Positions 61,776 to 64,000 of a DNA stretch of 64,000 bases are shown here, piece by piece. The translations under genes and the position numbers were made by a program. The DNA lies in NCBI GenBank assembly GCA_910592345.1, contig CAJVPI010000049.1, positions 1-64,000 of the forward strand, read 5' to 3'. Source of the DNA: Paraglomus brasilianum. Taxonomy: Eukaryota. The stretch's first letter is position 1; each line of letters starts with the position of its first letter. The notes below the pieces were generated by a model. That model was given only the letters and a program-made list of their open reading frames with translations, did not search any database and was not told where the DNA came from.

Positions 61776-64000
61776 TATGGTAAATAAACGGTGTGAATTT
61801 AAATCGTGAATATACCCTTTCTTTTGCTGTGCAAAATAATCGTAACTAGGCGGGTATTTATAACTTAATCTCTTGGCACACTGTTGTACACTAAACACAG
61901 TACAAATTTGATCATCGGACTTATTTTAGGTAATTTTCTAAAAACGTAACTGAAAAATGTGATCTTTGTCATTGTCCGCAGTACTAGTAGGTTGGCCGAT
62001 CGTACAACGGTTTGGTGTTCAAAATCTATTTTTTTTTTTTTTTTTTTTTTGGACAGTAGTTGATTTCTCCAAATCAAATGCTTACTTATCCATGAATTGC
62101 ATTTCGTTGTTTCTTATCAACAAAAAGTTTGCTAAAACAAGTTGCGAGATGTTAACTATTGTCTGCCCAAAATAAAACCAAAAGTAACAGAGTAATAAAG
62201 ATGCCGTTACCACGTAGCCAGTACTGTGTATTAAATATTGGGGCTATGGAGTCTTTCTTTTATTGCCAAAGTTCAGTAACCAAATGTATAAACCGAATGT
62301 CATTAAATTACAATTTTACCATTTGTCTATCCCATACGATAATGAAGTTGATGCTTTCAGCTCTGATGGTTTTAAAGATAATGATTATGTCCGCAGCCGC
62401 AATCTGCCATGTTATCCGGTCAAAAACGTCAGCTTTACCCACGTATAAATTTGGCTCACTTGACTCGAAGTCTATCGTTTATTATTTTTGGCACAGGACT
62501 GTGCCTATAATTAATTAAAAAAAAAATATAATTTTTTTTTCTGTTCTCTATTTCCGACTTAGAATTGTCATTGCGTTTGTTTTCACTAGCAAAGTTATCT
62601 CAATAGTCTTCATTTTCTTTAACAAGCTGAATTGCGTGCACAAATTGTCGATTATGCAATCTTCGTGCTACAGATAGATCCTGTATTATACATTTTTAGT
62701 AAGCACTATACAAGTAACTTTGTCTTCGTGCCCTGTAACATTTTTTCTTTAGTTGTTTCCGTGTGTGTAAAACTTTTTAAGCAGGGCACATTTATTCCCA
62801 AGTATTGAAATCGACAGCCTGGGTTTTAAGCACCGACGGTATCTTCCGAATTGGCGAAATTCTCCACTTAAGAATTAATTCCTTGCGTTTGTTTCACTCG
62901 GAGGCTCGGACAGTGAATCATAATAATAGGGCAATCAAGTGTACAACGGCTCGGAGAATCAACATCTCTAAATTATCATGTTCTAAGCAGCATATTGTAG
63001 TTATTCCCATACTAATACAAGTCCACTATGCGGATACATTCTATTATAAGGGCTTATCTGTTGCTTTCTGCCAAAACTTTTATACAGTACGTATTTTGCC
63101 TTCCGGAAGAGAGGAGTATATATTGGTTACTAGTCAAAGAAGCGCTAAGACTGTTAAGTAAATTACCAATAATTGCCTTTACGGAGCTATGTTGGTCGGA
63201 GTTAATCTCCCGTTGTTTTTTTTTTAATAATGATAAACCGTGTGTAATAATAGCAAAAGCACAAAATTTTGTACCACAAACGAAAAAACGCTTTCAGCTA
63301 AACAAAAAGAATTGAACAAAAAAGCAGATCGTCCATACAAAAAAAAAATGGTAAAATTCATTAAAATCGGTTTTTATACAATTTCAGCAAAACTGCGTCG
63401 CACAGAGTACAAATCTGCGGAAACGACCCGATTCCGTTCACTGAAAGGAGACAGGTGGAGAGAAAGGTTCGTCAAAATAACATGGATTGAAGGCATGTAA
63501 TGCCTATTATATGAATTTAGTAGGAAATCCTTTAGAAGGAACATTAAAACGAGTAGAACTTACAGAAAGGGAACATACAGCAGCAGAAGGTCTTATATAT
63601 GAATTTGATGAATGCAAACTTGCTCCAAACAAAGGAATATGGACTGCTCGATATATTGTCTGACAAATTGACAAGTTGGGGAAATTTTCGCTGTGTAACA
63701 TGGATAAATTCCTGATTCGACCATCAGAATGAGCAGATGATGCATCATATGATGAGATTGATATCGTAACACAGCAGGCTAATATTAATTAACTATTAAA
63801 TCAATTGCTACCGAAAAATACAAGCAAACAAACAAAAAGTGAAAATTTTTTTCAGTATCCAGTACGTTGTATTACATAAAGTAATGGACAACCCCGCTTT
63901 AAAAGTCAGAGTCTGGAACATTTTATTCACGTCCTGTCTTAAGACTTCATATGGGTAGACTGTAACAAAACCAGACAAAGTGAACATTTGACTATGCGAG

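Noticed and set aside
62805..63760. Several 60-120 aa ORFs near the window end
   Set aside because: Overlapping frames, internal stops in the most protein-like frame and no identifiable family.

Overview
AT-rich eukaryotic (fungal) genomic DNA with short GT-AG introns. The tandem HxDLHGGN tyrosine-kinase-like genes and the other expanded families suggest an early-diverging Mucoromycota fungus, probably Glomeromycotina (inference). Left to right: two tandem multi-module TKL kinase genes (the first cut by the window edge); decayed genes (pogo HTH, PD-(D/E)xK-like nuclease, Ariadne RBR E3); a pogo-type element and a foldback element; an intronless bacterial-like cpYpsA/SLOG gene; a 5-exon ~2309-aa gene whose N-terminal third resembles a ubiquitin/RA-like domain plus the animal ANKFN1/wide-awake conserved domain; intronless BRR2; 8-exon SEH1; a 12-exon cholesterol-oxidase-like GMC + alpha/beta-hydrolase fusion. 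From ~42.7 kb on lies a tandem array of three 8-exon two-transmembrane genes (two intact, one pseudogenised) with nested pogo MITEs, a Ginger/KRBA2-like TGT...ACA element with a visible empty site, and a probable excision footprint. Family assignments come from recalled motifs, not database searches. No tRNA, rRNA or CRISPR was seen.
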